This document shows, in pieces, positions 62,401 through 64,000 of a stretch of 64,000 bases of DNA. Below the pieces are notes generated by a model, which saw nothing but the letters and a program-made list of their open reading frames with translations, did no database searches and was not told the origin of the DNA. Position 1 is the stretch's first letter. The number at the start of each line of letters is the position of its first letter. Location: contig DASZXY010000011.1 in assembly GCA_035545635.1 (NCBI GenBank), positions 133,805 through 197,804 on the forward strand. The letters run 5' to 3'. The stretch is from Mycobacteriales bacterium. Its GTDB lineage: Bacteria > Actinomycetota > Actinomycetes > JAFAQI01. Position numbers and translations under genes: made by a program.

Positions 62401-63992
62401 CGATGCGCCGGCTAGCAGTCCCAGCAGCAGTCGCGCTTTCCGCGGTCGCTCTCACGGCTTGCGGCACCACCGTCCCGCTGTCGACGCGCCGGTACGTCAT
62501 GAACGGCGGCAGCGCGTCCGGTGTCAACGACGGGCTTGGCGACGCGGGTGGTCAGCTGTCGGACAACGGCAGTGGCATCACGACTTCACCGACGTCCGGT
62601 TCCGGTGGATTGACCGGGGCCGGAACTGGGGGGATCCCCGCGGCTGGCAACAGTGGCGGCGGTGGAGTGAACGTCGGCGTGCCCTCGCCCGGTCACTCCG
62701 CTGCCGCCGGGAAGCCGACTGCGACTGGCTACGACGCGATCCCGAAGACCGGCCGTGGGTGGGACGCGCACAACGTCTACATCGGCGTCACGACCGTCAA
62801 CGACATCGGCACTGTGGCGACGGCGCTCGGGCTGAAGAACGCCAACCCGGGCAACCAGATGAAAGACGGCAAGGCCATGGTGGCCGAGCTCAACCGCGAG
62901 GGCGGCCTGTTCGGGCGCAAGGTCGTGGAGGTTGCCAACAACGTCTCGACCGCCTCGATGCTGGTCAACGCGCAGCAGGACGGCGCGCAGGCGTGCACCC
63001 ACTTCACCCAGGACCGGCCCGTGGTCGCGGTGTGGAACACGCTGACCCCGCTCGACACTCCTACGTTCCGTACCTGCTTCGCGCAGGCGAAGATCCCGCT
63101 GTTGAGCGGCTCGATCGCGCCGACCGACACGGCCGCTCTCAACAAGCTGCACGGCTACGCGACGTCGGTCATCTCGCCGAGCTTCACCGACCTCGCGCCG
63201 GTGCTCGTCAGCCGGCTGAAGGCGAACCACTACTTCACCGGCTGGAACACCACGACCGGCGCACCGGGCAATGCGCCGGTGAAGGTCGGCATCATCGCGA
63301 AGAACGACCCGACCGGAACCCGCGCGGCGCAGATCCTCGCTGGTGAGCTCGCCCGCGCCGGCTTCCCGCCGGCCGCGCAGTTCAACTACACGGTCAGCTC
63401 CAGCGGTACGTCGAGCAACCTGTCCAGCGCGGTGCTGCAGTTCCGCTCCCGAGGGATCACGCACGTCTTCTCGACCGACAACGGCTACGGGATGTTCCTG
63501 CAGCAGGCGGACAGCCAGAAGTACTACCCGCGCTCTGCCATTACGACGTTCGACACCCCCGCGCTGCTGCGCACCAACGTGTCGAAGAAGGTGCTGATCG
63601 GCGCGATGGGGCTGGGCTCGGACCCCAGCATCGACGTCGACTTCGCGCAGGATCCGGGCTACGTGACGCCGGCCGAGAAGAGCTGCCTGCAGCAACAGGA
63701 GAGGTACCAGTCCTACAAGGGCCTGCGGTTCGCCGTGGCGATCGCCCTCGAGTACTGCGACGCGTTTCGGCTGATCAAGGCGGCCGCCCTCGCAGGTAGC
63801 GGGCTGACCGGACCGCAGATGGTCAACGGCCTGCAGCTGGCGGGTCCGCATTTCGTCCCGGCGATCACCTTCAGCAGCAACCTTCACACGAACGACTTCG
63901 CACTGCCTGGCGCCGGCCGCGATCTCGCGTTCCTCAGCGGGTGCGGCTGCTTTGCCTACACGTCCAGGACCAACTACCGGTTCGGGGGGTAG
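62397..63992 (+). CDS. Lipoprotein, LivK-type ABC substrate-binding protein with a Gly/Ser-rich linker
   Basis: ATG 62397 overlaps the upstream TGA (ATGA). Lipobox ALTAC, then a G/S/N-rich linker, then a periplasmic-binding fold. Distantly similar in layout to the C-terminal domain of 45555..48062. Confidence 0.8.
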   Translation: MTMRRLAVPAAVALSAVALTACGTTVPLSTRRYVMNGGSASGVNDGLGDAGGQLSDNGSGITTSPTSGSGGLTGAGTGGIPAAGNSGGGGVNVGVPSPGHSAAAGKPTATGYDAIPKTGRGWDAHNVYIGVTTVNDIGTVATALGLKNANPGNQMKDGKAMVAELNREGGLFGRKVVEVANNVSTASMLVNAQQDGAQACTHFTQDRPVVAVWNTLTPLDTPTFRTCFAQAKIPLLSGSIAPTDTAALNKLHGYATSVISPSFTDLAPVLVSRLKANHYFTGWNTTTGAPGNAPVKVGIIAKNDPTGTRAAQILAGELARAGFPPAAQFNYTVSSSGTSSNLSSAVLQFRSRGITHVFSTDNGYGMFLQQADSQKYYPRSAITTFDTPALLRTNVSKKVLIGAMGLGSDPSIDVDFAQDPGYVTPAEKSCLQQQERYQSYKGLRFAVAIALEYCDAFRLIKAAALAGSGLTGPQMVNGLQLAGPHFVPAITFSSNLHTNDFALPGAGRDLAFLSGCGCFAYTSRTNYRFGG

Positions 63993-64000
63993 CGATGGCG

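Overview
High-GC (Actinomycetota-like) chromosomal window with GTG/TTG starts, 4-nt ATGA gene overlaps and many long antisense shadow ORFs. I recognised no rRNA, tRNA, CRISPR array, integrase or transposase. There are three zones. (1) About 0.15-23 kb looks accessory and defence-island-like. Single 60-nt lines I counted here are about 52-58% GC (lines at 6421, 8161, 11161), against about 73% (line at 45001) to about 85% (line at 27541, estimated by eye) further right. It holds a membrane GAF-like protein + MazG-like pyrophosphohydrolase + an extra adenylate-kinase paralog + a SAM methyltransferase. It then holds a methylation-linked cluster: MORC-like GHKL ATPase, Z1-domain P-loop protein, PD-(D/E)XK motif protein, Vsr, and a Dcm fused to an EndoIII-like Fe-S domain. 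Further right are a 5'-truncated lipase remnant, a RecB-like nuclease/SF1 helicase giant, a GIY-YIG-like protein, a NERD/YbjN operon, and three copies of a 59-bp hairpin repeat. (2) 23-31 kb is my best candidate for an undescribed system. It has three paralogous coiled-coil genes, two of them carrying ResIII/XPB-type SF2 cores with complementary motif decay. An FKBP lipoprotein gene is embedded, and all three genes are preceded by the same near-start-codon promoter-like box. A GAF-ANTAR regulator sits next to the locus. (3) 31-64 kb is mostly ordinary metabolism, transport and regulation: amidohydrolases, mmsA, CocE/NonD hydrolase, a hydrolase-cyclase fusion, a Liv-type ABC transporter, TetR, PfkB kinase, ADHs, a DesA3-like desaturase with its reductase, and PucR regulators. 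Local oddities in this zone are a McrA-head/DUF6884/GIY-YIG tri-domain gene, a strict 32-bp periodic palindrome array, long perfect palindromes, and a substrate-binding protein fused to an extra secreted domain. All family calls come from reading motifs by eye; no database search was run.
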